Below are positions 39,544 to 51,452 of a DNA stretch of 64,000 bases, one piece after another. The DNA comes from Adineta vaga. Lineage: Eukaryota > Animalia > Rotifera. Under the pieces are notes generated by a model, which had not been told where the DNA came from, made no database searches, and saw nothing but the letters and a program-made list of their open reading frames with translations. The stretch covers positions 7,812,001-7,876,000 of the forward strand of contig CP075495.1 of the NCBI GenBank assembly GCA_021613535.1, in the 5' to 3' direction. Positions within the stretch are counted from its first letter, which is position 1. Every line of letters starts with the position of its first letter. The translations under genes and the position numbers were made by a program.

Positions 39544-40620
39544 ATGTCATCAACAAATGATGTCTATCATCATCTATTTGTTCAAACTTTACCGAAAAGT
39601 ATCTTAAAAAAGTCACCATCACCAAGATTTTCTGATACATCAATCAATCTTGAAAATGACTATAATTCAACTATGACTCCATCATCATCTTCAGAAATGG
39701 AAAAGAATGATATTGACAAGAACGAACTTGATGATAATCAATCCGTTGAAAACGATATTATGTTACTTTCATCAACGGACAAAACAATCATGACATCTGA
39801 TGAAAATTTATGTCCATATGAAATTGATCATGGATCAATAAGAACAGTTCCATGTGCTGATTCATCGTCATTATCTTCGGCTTCAGATGATGAACAACAA
39901 AAACGTATGAAAGTCAAATCGAAGAAAATTTATTCGCGTACATTAGTTGTTAATGATATAAGATCGTCATCAGCATCGTCAAGTGATAATAATAATGAAA
40001 GAAAAGTAAAACGATCTATGCTAGGATCTAAACTAACGACTATGCGCCTTGATAAACATCGACATAAAGATATGCAACTCGATGAATTCATGCGCAAGTA
40101 TCAACAACTAGGAGGCATTCATGTCCCGACTAAAGATGATCACGTTAAAGAGCAGACAACCGAAGAAAATCTGACAAACAATGATGGAAACAATTATCAG
40201 CAGTAAGTGCAGTTAGGCCATCTGGAGAATTTTGTTGAAATATTTTTTCATTACAGATCGTCGATAACACATCAACGAACTTCTCAGATTACTAATGAAT
40301 CAGTCAATGATGAAACAACAAAGTTTTTAAAATCGTTCGATACAATTCATCTGCCAACAAAATCTCTATCACCATTACAATTATTATTTGATGTTGCACG
40401 AACAAATTATTGTGATCGACGAACTAAAATTGATCATATACGACATTATATTGAAGAACAAATTGGAATATCAGCTTTTCTAACCATGTATAAATTAATC
40501 AAATCATCGCGAATACCTATTGATATACGAAACAAACCTTTTTGTTATTATGCAAATTTTATTCCTCATATCTGCTGTTTAATTTTGCTCGAAAGTGAAC
40601 AACAACGAAATCGACTATAA
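39544..40620 (+). CDS. Uncharacterised Ser-rich protein with a NEK1-like C-terminal helical domain (no kinase domain)
   Basis: Two ORFs joined by a GT-AG intron at about 40203-40257. KSILKK near the N-terminus. KIDHIRHYIEEQIGISAFLTMYKLIK resembles the NEK1 C-terminal [25 protein letters not shown]. Confidence 0.6.
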
Positions 40621-40700
40621 AATCGAAGAAAACGTACTCTACAAGAGAGAATGAATGAAATTGAAACCAATTCAACATGACAATTGTATTTTGGTTCTTT

Positions 40701-41351
40701 TTATGGATAAGCATGTGATTCTGATTTGTTTTTAGAAGAAGAAGAATACGTAGAACTATAGTCATGTGTGGATGATTCATAAACCATTTCTTGATAATAT
40801 AATCTTGTATAGCAATCGGATACGAAGTATGGGCAACATGAAGCCATATTTGAATAGCAATAATAACCACAGGAAGATATTGGTAAATAATTGTAGATTG
40901 GCGGGTACGGATAAAACTGATTTATGTTTGGTACAGTTTCAGTAAAAGTTGACGACGAGAATTGATGAGAAGATTTTTCATTTCTATGCATATATGTTGA
41001 TCGTTGAGATTTTGAACGATGATGATAAGTATCAATATGAGAATTATTTCGTTTTCGTGAAGTTTTTGATATGCTATATTGATAACGATGACGAGCATGA
41101 AATAAATCATCATCTCCCAAAAGATCACCAATGGTTGGATTTGATTTTTCCTTCTTGACTTTACTCTTTTCGATATTCCATTCACTTGGTTTATAAAACT
41201 GAAATTTTGCTGAACACGATCTGTTGTGAAAAGTTAAACTACTACTTCGCTGTAGTTGTAACGTTCTATTCGGTTGAAATTGAATTGAAATATAAGGAAG
41301 TGATTTACAAACAATAGGTTTGTTAGTCAAACAATTCAACTTCTTTTCCAT
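40701..41351 (-). CDS. Uncharacterised 216-aa protein
   Basis: Long ORF for AT-rich DNA with a Tyr/Cys-rich patch (CGYYCYSNMASCCPYFVSDC). No family recognised. Confidence 0.45.
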   Translation of the reverse strand: MEKKLNCLTNKPIVCKSLPYISIQFQPNRTLQLQRSSSLTFHNRSCSAKFQFYKPSEWNIEKSKVKKEKSNPTIGDLLGDDDLFHARHRYQYSISKTSRKRNNSHIDTYHHRSKSQRSTYMHRNEKSSHQFSSSTFTETVPNINQFYPYPPIYNYLPISSCGYYCYSNMASCCPYFVSDCYTRLYYQEMVYESSTHDYSSTYSSSSKNKSESHAYP

Positions 41352-42807
41352 GAAGAATTTTAATTACTAATAACTTCTAGATTTCGTTTGGGTATGTATC
41401 CACTATTGAATATCGCGTATCAAATATCAAGCATAATGTACTCGTCATTGTCAGAAATGGATGTCAAGAAAGATGAAAAATACGCGCAATATGAAAAGTT
41501 AGTTTTCTATCAATACAATTTGTTTTAGAAAATAATGCTGTGAAGGAAAAAGACATTTTAGCGGAATGGTAGATATGAAAAGATATACAAAAATAGAGAC
41601 TTGAGAGTACACAGTATAGAATTACCTTACGTATATACTAAACAATTCTAGATATACGCGGCAATGTTGATGATGATTTTCCATAATTTCTACGCTCGCT
41701 ATTCTATGTTTTGCGCATGTGTCTTGCTAAAATGAATTAAAATGAATGAAGCGCAAAGTCAGCATTGTTTTTTTTATTACTTTATTAAATATCTATAATT
41801 GACTGTAGTTCATCAACGACACACAAAATTAAGTTCAGATAAAGAAGAATTTTGTCGAGCATTATTGAATAATAAATATCCAATATGGGTATAATTTGAT
41901 GTGTTATTCTATCACCTAACTAAAATATATTCAAGATTGATGAAGATAGGATGAAAAAACGTAAAAAATGTTGTTACCTACCTCCTGATAATTATGTTTA
42001 TGGTCTTAAACATCCGAAAACAAATGGTATAACAGGTGTAGCAGCATGTATGTGTGAAATTGTGTATTAGTCGAAAGGATTTTTATCGTAGCTCTGCAAT
42101 ACTATGAAACTCCAATAAACAACAATATATCAAAATTTAGAACTATTCCTAATTTTATCCTTATGAACAAACTTGCCGCTCAATTAGGTTTGACGAAAGT
42201 GTCAGACATCCACCCATATCGGTAGATTACGACTCTTTTTATCTCTTTACACCAAATTCTCTTCTTTCTTGTATTCATCAGAAAAATAATCACTAACCAT
42301 CCAAAAAATCAATGTGCTTGTTACCATACATATCTAAAGAAGAATCCCATACCAGATATTATTCATGGACGAAAAACATGGTACGCCTTTTCATCATAGA
42401 AATAACTCATGCATTAAATCATACAGTGCACAACAATCCATTCGAGATGTTATCGAACATAAGTATATCTCTGAATGACTTCTCTAAGTTAAGTGCCATT
42501 CGTTGTTGTAAAAACATCGTGAATAATTCTCCACATTATACCTAAAGTCAAAACAACAATAGTTTTCTAACAATTTTTGGACTTCTTTTTATTCTGCATC
42601 AAATGCCAACATCTTGTTTAATTACTAAAAAAGCGGATTTAATACAAGGAAAAGAAAATAAATATAGAGCAGATGGTATAGAAAAAACGTGTTCAAGAAA
42701 ATCAAGAATTGACATCGAAAGTTTTTAATGATCATTCGATTTTGATATATTGAAGATGGACAAACAAAGTTTTCTTATTAAAAGTTGTTTTTTCATAAGG
42801 ATCGACG

Positions 42808-44202
42808 TCAAGTAATATCTAGTTTAAGTAAAAGACTATATATAATTATAGTAAATGGAAAATCAATTGTATACTTATTGTAAATTCGACTTGATTTTTC
42901 TTCGACTTTACTGACAGATGGCTGTACGACGGATTCAATATTGAACTTTTCACCATCTATGTTTTGTAGATAGAACAATAAATAAAATTTAGAAAAAAAA
43001 GAATTGATTAGTTGTTTTACCATCTTGAAGATGAAGATTTGTTAATGAATGCCATTGGGCTTTAGTTGTTGCATCGATTGAATCCATTGAAAATAATTGT
43101 TCAAGATGAGTTGGAATTCGTCGTTGTTGTTGATTATTATTCAACAATTCATAATCAGCTGTTGATGCACATAAGGCATCAATCGGATGATGTTTAAATG
43201 TATCCAATAATGCTGGAAGATTTTCCGATTTTTTACAAAATATTGCTGAATCAAATAACCATGGAGCTAGTAGATGTATTTCATTTTGATTTTTCATCCA
43301 GATTAAACGAGACGTTTGATTCATATTTAACAAAAGACTAAATATTATTAATTGAATTTGGAAATACCTTTAGAAAAAAAATGAATTCAATCTTTGGTCT
43401 AACTTACGCAGTTGAGAGCAAATGACGATTAAAGCTTTCTTGTGAATGTTGTATCACGTCATTCGTTTTTGATAATAAACGAATAACCGGTAGATTTGAA
43501 TGATTTTTAGTTGGTTTCTTATATTTACTGCTCGCTTTATTAGCATAATGAAGGAAATGACTCCAACCGACAGTTAATAGATTCGATGTTGATTCCTTTA
43601 TAATTAAACCTCTTTTTAATGGTCGTAATGGATTTGATGTATATTTTCTTATTAATTCGAAACTATCTTCATCAGTAATAATACAATCAACTGCAAATTT
43701 CCGAATTAGTTCAGATATTCTAACAGTTGTTAGGTCGTTTGGATCACATGAAGAATAAACTATACCACTTTGGTGACATGCCAGCTGTAATAAAATGCGT
43801 TCCACTGATGCATTAGGTAAAATAACAAGTATCTATTGAAAACGAGAATGATTGATTTCGAAAAAGAATAACAACAAAATGATGTACTGTTTGGCCTGCA
43901 GTTAAACCATATACTTTTCCCGTGAGTACATTAGCATATTGAGATGATTGAGCATAGATATCGGCACAGGTATATTTTTTATATCGATTATTGTCATTGT
44001 CACATATCCATAATGCGTGTTCGGTTGGATATTCGACAGCTCGATAATGTAAGATGTCATGAGCAAGATTCGATTTAGTCTTGCTCAATATTTGTAAATC
44101 TTTGCTAATTAATGATGTTACTCTCTCATCTTGTGACGTAATAGATAATTGTTTAAAAACGTCCTTAGTCCAAAGTCGCTGTATATTACGTATGAATCTC
44201 AT
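42808..44202 (-). CDS. Truncated, degenerate medium-chain acyl-CoA synthetase-like (ACSM/ANL fold) protein
   Basis: NLAHDIL..ALW..SSQYANVLTG..GLTAGQT|ILVILP..LAC..SGI and LAPWLFDS..LLDTFKHHPI..YELL..HLEQ..QWHSLTNL align with the ACSM N-terminal domain. Splice sites are canonical. The 3' end is uncertain. Confidence 0.65.
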
Positions 44203-44649
44203 TTTTTTTGTAATGTTACGACTATGCAGAAAAAAACTATTCATAATATATATATACATATATTACTCACGCAAAACACTCACATGAAGCGAAGGCGTCT
44301 ATAGAAGTAAAAAAATGTGAGCGCGTTTGTTTCCGCGTGTTTCTTTTCTTATATTTTAAGAAAAAACCAACTTACACAGTAAACTTCCTTGTTGGATTTT
44401 TCCTCTGTGATTACATCAGCATATTTGATTCATCAATAAAATATGACGTCTTATTTCTTTTACTTCCTACATATGATTGAAAACGAAAGTTTTATTTAAA
44501 TCATATTCATCATTTTATTACGAACAAAAATAACATGTAAATCTATAATACATTTTTTTGATTTTTTTCATCAACATTCATATGTACATAAGTTAATTAG
44601 AAAGTATTTTGATTGCACAAAAACAGAAACAAAAAGACAATGAAAGTGC

Positions 44650-45574
44650 TTATATATCATCGAGTAAGATATATTTAATTAATTGTTTATTATGTATTGG
44701 TAGAGTTTTGATACGTTCTCGAAACTGACTACTTGCTATGTGTCGACGAATGTCCAAACGACATAAACTTTTTAATGAACGTGGTCGCTGTTGAAATAAT
44801 GTTCGAGAAGGATTATAACCAGCTTCCATTAATAAACATGCTAAACGCATATGTTTATTAAGAACTAACCATTGAAAAAGATTTTTATCATTGATATTAA
44901 ATGTTATAGCACCATATCGTATAAGATCATTGAGAATTGATAAATTATATTTAACAAAATCAAATGCTGTCAAATGATATTGATTATAGATACGAACATT
45001 GGCACCGGCATGTTCAAGTAATAAACGAACAATTTCACTATCTGAATGAAGTACAGCTAACATTAGTGGTGTTGTACCATGACGATCTTGTGCGTCAACA
45101 TTTGCACCTATGAAAAGACGAGAAAAAGAATCAGATAAATGATCAATTGAATTCTTATCTTATTTACCATGTTGAAGAAGAAATTGAACGATATCAAAAC
45201 GATTTGATTTAGCTAATACAGCGAAATGAAGTGGAGATTTCCAACCGGGTAAATGTTGTTTATTTACATTTGCATGAAAATAATTTACTAATATGTCAAC
45301 AATTTCATATGAACCAAAATGACATGCAGCAGCTAGAAAACAACGTATATTTTCATTTCATAGATATTACAAACAAAAGAAAATTACCTAATGGTGTTAT
45401 AGGATGATTGAAATCATCTCGATATGAACTAAAATAGAAACTTTGATTGATTTTCAATCGATATCGATTCGATTCAAGAATGTATCGAACTGCAGTTAGA
45501 TCACGTTGATTTATAGCAATAATTAATCGATCATCAATATTAGTAGATGTAAGAAAACGATGAGCAGGCAACAT
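44650..45574 (-). CDS. Ankyrin repeat and SOCS box protein (ASB-like)
   Basis: Ankyrin repeats (TPL|AAACHFG, SPLHFA, GTTPLMLAV, TAFDF) and a C-terminal SOCS box PRSLKSLCRLDIRRHI...IKTLPI..QLIKYIL. Confidence 0.85.
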
Positions 45575-46875
45575 AATTAAATTTAACAAAAAGAAATGGA
45601 TATTCGTACTATTGTTGTTTGTTAAGAAGTTAATTGATTGACATTTAATTTGAGCGATTGCTGCTGTTATGTTGAATGATTTAAAGATAAGGATAGCGAA
45701 AGCTAGTCCATTCCATAGAATACCAAAGATTTTGATTGGTATATAACGGTAAAAAGATAAGACAATGGTTTTTTTGTTATCGAATTCAAGGAAATTATAT
45801 ATATGAAGATTGTTTTGATACCTTGAATGTTATCTGTTGAAGAGTTGTGACTAAGAAATAAAGGAAGAATACGTAAATAATCTCAATTCTGAGATTATAT
45901 CTTATTCCTTTATTTTCTAACGATAAAGATTTTTATTCAATTGACTAGATATCTGAACTGAATGAAAGATTCAATAGGAAAGTATTACAAAACAAAACAA
46001 AAAGCAGGTTTCTTTTCTAGAAGGAAGATTCTCGTAATATGGCTTAAACTGAAGACAAATTTACTATTTATTTCATATCTTTTCTACTTGAAGATGTTAG
46101 TTTCAGAGAAAAAGATGTACTATAGATGAAGTAATAATTTATTTAGAATAAAACTAGTTGATATCATCTATTGATAATAAATGTTCGGAATAAATCTCTT
46201 TCAAGACAATTAACTTATATATATTCTTATTCAATATACATGTAAGAAACTGGTGACATCTATAAGTTTGATAAAAATATGATTGCAACATCCATTTGGG
46301 TAATCTGCAATTTCGAAATGGCTTCTCAATCAATTAGTTATACACATATATATATATACTATTATCCATTGAAAATTGAAAAAAGAGAAAAAGAAATTCT
46401 TTCCGTTGTTTCGTATAATTTATTCTATCGCGTATATAAATGTATTGAAATGCATTTAGACGTCGACGATATACCATTGTTCTCTAGTCTATATTCATTT
46501 AACCTTTTAAATCACTTCTTTTCCTTCAATTTCCATCATTCATTATTCTAACTGATTATTCCAAAGAATTTATTCAGTCAATAAAATCGTCTCTCGACCA
46601 TTATCATCATCAAGACCAAAGTAAACTGTCCATCATCTTATAGAAATTTTTCTAAATTCTTCTGCGATTGGAAAAAAAATTGAGGAAAAGTTTTCCTCAC
46701 GTTTCTATTCTTTCTATTTTTTTTGCATAAATCATACAGAATAGTAATGATTTTTTCCCACCTCTTTCAGAGACAACAATATTGGTCATCAGATAACTAC
46801 TTTCTATGTGGTAGATGATTAAAATTGAAAATAAATAGAAACAATTCTTTTCTTTTTCATTTAGTTGATAAATTA

Positions 46876-49800
46876 ATGGATGCTGAAAATATCAATGATG
46901 AACAAAATCAAATGTTATCAAAAGAAATCCTTCCAAGTAAGATGCGCATAAAAGAACGTAGTCGTTCTCAAACAACAGAAACTGATATAAATGATCCGGA
47001 AAATTTGGATTATGAAGATATTGATGATAATCATCAAAATAAACAAATAAATCATACAATGAAAAAGAGTAATGAAGAAAATAAATCAGCAATGGATATT
47101 CAAGTAATAATAACGAAACATTTTATTTTATCGTAAAATACAAAAATCTTTTCTTCTTCTTTAGAATGACGACGAAGTGACAGATGTGCAAAAATCCAAT
47201 CCTAGTTCATCATCAAAAACAAATAATCCCGAAACAGCAAGTGATGAAGGAGAATTAGTAAGTCGTCGAATAGTTTCATTCTATTATGTTATAAATAAAT
47301 AAAAATTTATCTTCTTTTAGGATGAGGCCGATTTAGAAGATGGAGAAATTCATGATCCAAGTACATCAAAAAATAAGAGCGAATCTCTTGATGATAAATC
47401 AGAAGAACAAAATCGTAATCAAACAAATATCGATGGACCAATATCACCTTCGACTAAAGTTCATTGTCGTTTTTTTCTTCAAGGTCGTTGTCATTGGGGA
47501 CCTAACTGCAAATATATTCATCCAGCTAATGATTCCATAAAAAGTATGAATTAAATAAGTTCTTCGTGTTTTTTTTCTGATGATTATATATATGTAGATT
47601 CGAGTGGTACAGCTATCGATGGTTTAGCAGCATCAAACAATGATATTTCACCACCAACATCAGCAGGACTTCCCCTTTCACAAACAACAAAGAGTCCATG
47701 GATCTCACCACAAGCAACAGCTTTAGTAAGAAAAAATGCAAGCTTGTTTTTCTTTTCCTATTATTTTATTTAGGCACCTTCATTTTTTCCCAATTCACTT
47801 CTTCGTGGTCAAGCACCACCCATTGGCATTCCTCTCGTACCATCAAGTGGTACAGAATCAGCATGGGAACGTGGATTACGTTCAGCTAAAACAGTTTGTC
47901 TATTTTAGTCTTGTAAATTTGAATCCATTTCCTTTTTTTTTCTTATTTGTCATTAGCTTCGCGAACAATCGATGAGACGTAAACAACAAGATAAAGATTT
48001 TAATGATAAAAAATTTAATTTAACTATTCGTGATGCACTTGATGAAAAAGACGTCGATGATAATTTTGCTAATAAGGATCGGTAAATATGAATTTTGTTT
48101 CTCATTTATAACTACATCTCAGTTTCTTTAGACGATCATCACATGAATACGATCCATCTGGATCAAACTATTCTGATCAACGTAATTATCCTGATCGATA
48201 TCATCCATATATGTATTCAGGTTCATCCGGCAATTCAAATTATAACAATCAATCTCATCGAATGAATAATAATTCTCGACATAATAATTCTTTACCATCA
48301 AATGATCATTTGGATCGTCGATCACGACATTCAGATGACTATGTTGATTCACGAAATGATAATCGAAATCGAAAAGATAAATTACCTACAAAGGATAGGT
48401 AAGATTTTGCTTTTGATTTCTTGAAAATTCCACCTACTTGTTTTCTTCTTCTAGTAAAGCAATGTCTAAACGAGATAATTCATCATCTTATCGACGAAAT
48501 TCATCCCAACAACAGTATGCATCCGGTTCACATCATCATAATAATGATGAACAATTACATCTTAATCCATATAGCAATCGACGAGGAGATGATTGGCATG
48601 ATCCATGGGAAAGGTATTTCACTTTTTCTCTCTAACAGTTTGAGAATCTTGCAAAGAAACACAGTATTAATCATAGTTTTCAACGTTTGATTAGAGCATA
48701 CCACATTCAAAATTTCACACAATTCGAACTACTATTTCTATTCTTTTTTTAGATCAAAAAATCATGGAGGCAGTACTCGTCGTTCATCTGGTGGTGGTCG
48801 TGAACGATCTTATTCACGATCATCTTCATCTTCCAGGTAATTATTTCATCTTGCATACATATTCATTGATTTCTTCTATTAGTTCATCACGATCATCTCG
48901 TTCACGTTCAAAATCGACATCATCATTCAGTCGATCAAGGCAAGTTTCATAGCTTGATATTATTTATTAGCTTCGTGTTATATTTTATTCATTTTGCTTT
49001 TTATTTTCATTTTGATTATACTTTAGATCGAGATCAAGAAGTAGACCAAAACGTCGTTCACCCTCTGTAACACGTGCAACACGACCAACAACCACAACAA
49101 AATCATCCGAGTATTAAAATTTGTTCTTTTATTTGCACAACATAATTACAAAAAACAGGAATATGGATTACTAAATTTGTTTTTGTTTTTAAATAGAATG
49201 GTGAAAAATGGCAATGATAAAAAATCGAATGGAAATAGAAAAACAGTCTCACCATCGACGACAGCAAATAAATTTCTTCCTGGTCGACAAATATCAAGTC
49301 ATATATTGAAAAAAGCAGAAAAAAGTAGTCATAGTAGTCATTCGATCACCAATAATCATTCAAAAGATCCACGTGGAAAAGATTCAGATAATAATAATAA
49401 TACGAAAAAACAAAAGAAAAAGGAAAATATCAGGTAAAAAAGTCTGATTTGATAACAATCCGATTTGATTGATCTCATTGAAATTTAGTCGATCGCATAG
49501 TACGAGTTCATCATCATCATCAGATACTGATACAAATCGTGTCAAACATCGATCATCTAGTTCATCATCGGATAGTTCAAGTTCTGAAAGTGATTCACGT
49601 CCAATAACAAAAACAAAAACAGGTAGGACTTCATTTCAATTCATATTTGTACTTCGAACTTTTTATGTTTAGATTCTGGTGGAACTAAAATATCAGCTGG
49701 TAGTAAAACTCATTCAACAAAATCCATCAATCGATCTGTACCGTCGTCATCAGGTGCTGGTGGCAGTAGTAAAAATTCTACTACAAAATCTAAACCTGAT

Positions 49801-50206
49801 TCTGCAACACGAGAATCATCATCGAATTCAACTAAAGTAAGTAACAATCTTTACTAATGACTTATGAAACTAATAATCTTTTTTTTCTCAAAGAAACGAC
49901 GTGATACTTCATCATCGACGGGTTCAACAAGTACTACAAAGAAAACAAAATTAAATGGTATGTTGATACATATATGTAACATATATATCTGTCAATACTT
50001 TATTTGAATAGATTCTCATAAATCATCAACAGATACAAGCAATGCGGAAAATTCTGATTCTAGTATGTAGATTGATAAAAAGAAAAACAAAACTTACTCT
50101 GTCCTTGTTTTATTCAGATAAAAAGAAAGAAAAACAGAAGATTTTAAAAAAACTACAAGAAGTAGAAAAACTTATAAATCAACGATCAACTAAAACATCA
50201 TCTTGA
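46876..50206 (+). CDS. ZC3H18: Zinc finger CCCH domain-containing protein 18
   Basis: LEDGEIHD, CRFFLQGRCHWGPNCKYIHP, ESAWERGLRSAK, DDWHDPWER, an RS-rich region and C-terminal ILKKLQEVEKLI. Many exons. Confidence 0.85.
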
Positions 50207-50845
50207 CTTGAATCATTATAAAACAAACTAGACTCTAATTGTAAATTTCTTTTTTTTTTCTTTGCCATTGTTCGAGCCTTTTTCTCTCTTTCTCTGTGTG
50301 TGCGTGTGTATGTATGTATGTCTCCTTTATGTATATGCATATCTGAAAAACAAAACACAAATATATCTGTGTGAATTCATCTCTCTATTCTACATTCATG
50401 TATATATATATACAATGAGTTTCTTCTTGAAATGTGGATTTAGTGTATTCTGTTGTTTGTTGTTGTTCTTTGTTTTTTCTTTCTTTTATGATTTCACATG
50501 GTTATTTTTATGCAATTACAATAGAAGGAGACAAAAAAAGAATGAACGATCGATTTCATGTTCTTTAATTTGATCAACAGAAGATGAAAAGGAAATGAAG
50601 TTGTTATGTTTAGACTTGAATAACTTATGTATGTTCATATCGATGTCTTTTTTTCTCTCATGATTAATAGATAAAAAAATAAACGATGTAAAAGATATGT
50701 TCTTTTGATCTTTCGATGATATAGAACGAAATAAAAAGTCAGTCTCCGGAAAGATATTTATAACAATTCTAAAATAACTTAAAATACTGTTAATTACTTA
50801 TAATCACGACATAACTCAAACAATCATATTTTTGCTTATTAAAGT

Positions 50846-51349
50846 ATGAATAATTTGAATAATGTAACTTATGGCTCGAATTTTCAGATGGTTTCATTAA
50901 GAAAGTTATCTCTAAATATTGGTGTTGGTGAATCGGGCGATCGATTAACGCGTGCATCTAAAATCTTAGAAGAACTTACTGGACAAAAGCCATCTGTGGG
51001 TCATGCTGAAAAAACAATTCGTTCATTTGGTATTCGACGTAACGAAGAAATTAGTGTATTTTGTACCGTTCGTGGTTCATTCGCACATGATTTACTTGAA
51101 CGTGCTTTACGAATAAAAGAATATTGTCTACCAGCAAAATGTTTTACTGACGAAGGAACATTTTCTTTTGGTATTGATGAACATATTGATTTAGAAGGAA
51201 TGAAATATGAGCCAAATATTGGAATATTTGGAATGAATTTTGTGGTTGTTTGTGGAAAACCTGGAATAGATAATCGAGTAACAAAAGAAGAAGCGATTGC
51301 ATGGTTTCAAAATACATTCGGTGGAAATGTGACGAAAACGGGGAAATAA
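50846..51349 (+). CDS. RPL11: Divergent intronless paralog of 60S ribosomal protein L11 (uL5)
   Basis: LRKLSLNIGVGESGDRLTRASKILEELTGQKP, IRSFGIRRNE, CTVRG, FSFGIDEHIDL and KEEAIAWFQ. Confidence 0.85.
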   Translation: MNNLNNVTYGSNFQMVSLRKLSLNIGVGESGDRLTRASKILEELTGQKPSVGHAEKTIRSFGIRRNEEISVFCTVRGSFAHDLLERALRIKEYCLPAKCFTDEGTFSFGIDEHIDLEGMKYEPNIGIFGMNFVVVCGKPGIDNRVTKEEAIAWFQNTFGGNVTKTGK

Positions 51350-51452
51350 CATTCATTCATGTTGTTATTCTTTGTTTTTTCATTTCAATGACATAAACAA
51401 GATATTGAATCTTCTAAGATTAAAAGTAAATTTTGAAATGCATTTTAGATTG

